Assembly: GCF_963921235.1 (NCBI RefSeq)
Contig: NC_086097.1
Coordinates: 110,300,001-110,364,000 of the forward strand
Direction: 5' to 3'
Length of the DNA stretch: 64,000 nt
From: Mobula hypostoma
Taxonomy: Eukaryota
This document shows positions 62,650 through 64,000 of the stretch, piece after piece. How positions within the stretch are numbered: position 1 is the stretch's first letter; the number at the start of each line of letters is the position of its first letter. The notes beneath the pieces were generated by a model. That model did not search any database and was not told the origin of the DNA. It worked only from the letters and a program-made list of their open reading frames with translations. Both the position numbers and the translations under genes were made by a program.

Positions 62650-63660
62650 TCATCACCCAGGAAGAAGATGCTGATGACTTCTCAGCAGAGGAAGATGTCA
62701 ACAGTATTCTGGATGAGATAATAATTGATATAATACCAAAAAGGCTAGTTGATGTTAAAATAAATGTCACCGGGCTCAGATGGAAGGCATCCAAGGCTGC
62801 TGGTGGAAATAAGAGAGGACATTCCAGAGACCCTCAACATCACATTCCAACCCTTTATAGATTTCATAATCCTGCTCTGGGGATAAGGTCTGCAACCATA
62901 GGCTAGTTTTGGTAGAGAAACTTCTAGAGACAATCATCATGGACAGAGTTAGAAGCCATATTACTTAAGGAATGGCAGCATGGATGTTTGAAAAGGAAGT
63001 CACGTACAATCAATTTGACAGAAATTGCTGATGAAATGACAGAGAATGTCATTGAAGGAAATATAGATTTTAAAAACCTTTTGTTAAGTAAGTATTTAAT
63101 AAGATTGGATATTCCATTAGATTGTGAGACATTGGAGCAGTGTTAGGTCAATTGCCTCATCGGGTCAGGGCCGCCATTCCATTATGGCCGATTTATTATC
63201 CCTCTCAACCCCATTCTCCTGCCTTCTCCCCATAACCTTTGACACCCTTACTAATCAAGAACCTGTCCACCTCCAGTTGCCTAACCTGCTGAGTTCCTCC
63301 AATATTTTGCTTGTATACTGCTAATACAGATCAAATCATTACAGGGAAGTCCTTAGAAAAGTTTACTAAAATGAGCTCATGGAGGGAAGTGATTCTCTTG
63401 GGGGAAAGGGTGAAATACCAGAGAGCATAGAATAAAAGTGGCAAAACTATCACAATAACATGAAGGAAAACGTTTATGTGAGGTGTGCGGTGAGGGCTGG
63501 AGTACAGATAGTTTAAATTGCAGTATTCTGAATGAGCTGGATAGGTATCTGAAAAAAGTATAAAATACAGTGCAATGGGAAGTGAACATGGGAGTGGGAC
63601 TAATCAAGTTGATCTTGTACATAGCTGGAAAGGACTTGACTGTCTTTATGGCCTCCTTTC
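62650..63660 (+). mobile_element. Highly decayed CR1 fragments, with small CR1/PLE pieces at 63120-63310
   Basis: Residual similarity to CR1 ORF2 (tcaccgggctcagatggaaggcatccaagg, cagcatggatgtttgaaaaggaagtca). Confidence 0.5.
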
Positions 63661-64000
63661 AAAGTTCAAAGTAAATGTATTATCAGTGTAAGTATGTGTC
63701 ACCATATACTACCCTGAGATTCATTTTCTTACAAGCATTCACAGTAGAACAAAGAAATCGAATAGAGTCAATGAGGAACTATACACAAAGTCTAGCAAGC
63801 AAACAATGTGCAGAAGAAGATAAATTGTGCAAATAAAAAAACAACCAACAATAATAAATATGTAAATAAATAAAGACTTTATAAACTGCAGGGAGTAGTT
63901 CTTGTCCTGCAGCCATCAGGCATCTTGATTGGCTTCACTCACCCCAGCACTGAACGAACTCCGCCGCCTGTGGACTCACTTTCAGGATCTCTACACTCAT

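Overview
This is eukaryotic, repeat-dominated genomic DNA. The repeat repertoire (CR1, Rex1/Babar, Tx1, Penelope-like, HE1-type V-SINEs, Tc1) points to a cartilaginous fish, probably a ray; this is inference. No intact host gene can be supported. Most of the window is nested, decayed retrotransposons, and the only long intact ORF is a Penelope-like (Neptune-type) RT/GIY-YIG protein (57297-59663, minus). Also present: two solo LTRs of one family with perfect 5-bp TSDs, two Gypsy relics, minimal hammerhead ribozyme motifs at Penelope ends, and two unrelated 25-bp minisatellites. The most notable signal is not in the ORF track. When younger repeat insertions are removed, five unique pieces between about 22752 and 28520 (+) join into a decayed reading frame. 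Its motifs run collinear with the transmembrane (TM) subunit of foamy-virus (spumaretrovirus) Env, so it is a candidate endogenous foamy-like env fossil. All family assignments come from manual translation and recalled motifs, not from database searches. Boundaries of decayed repeats are approximate.
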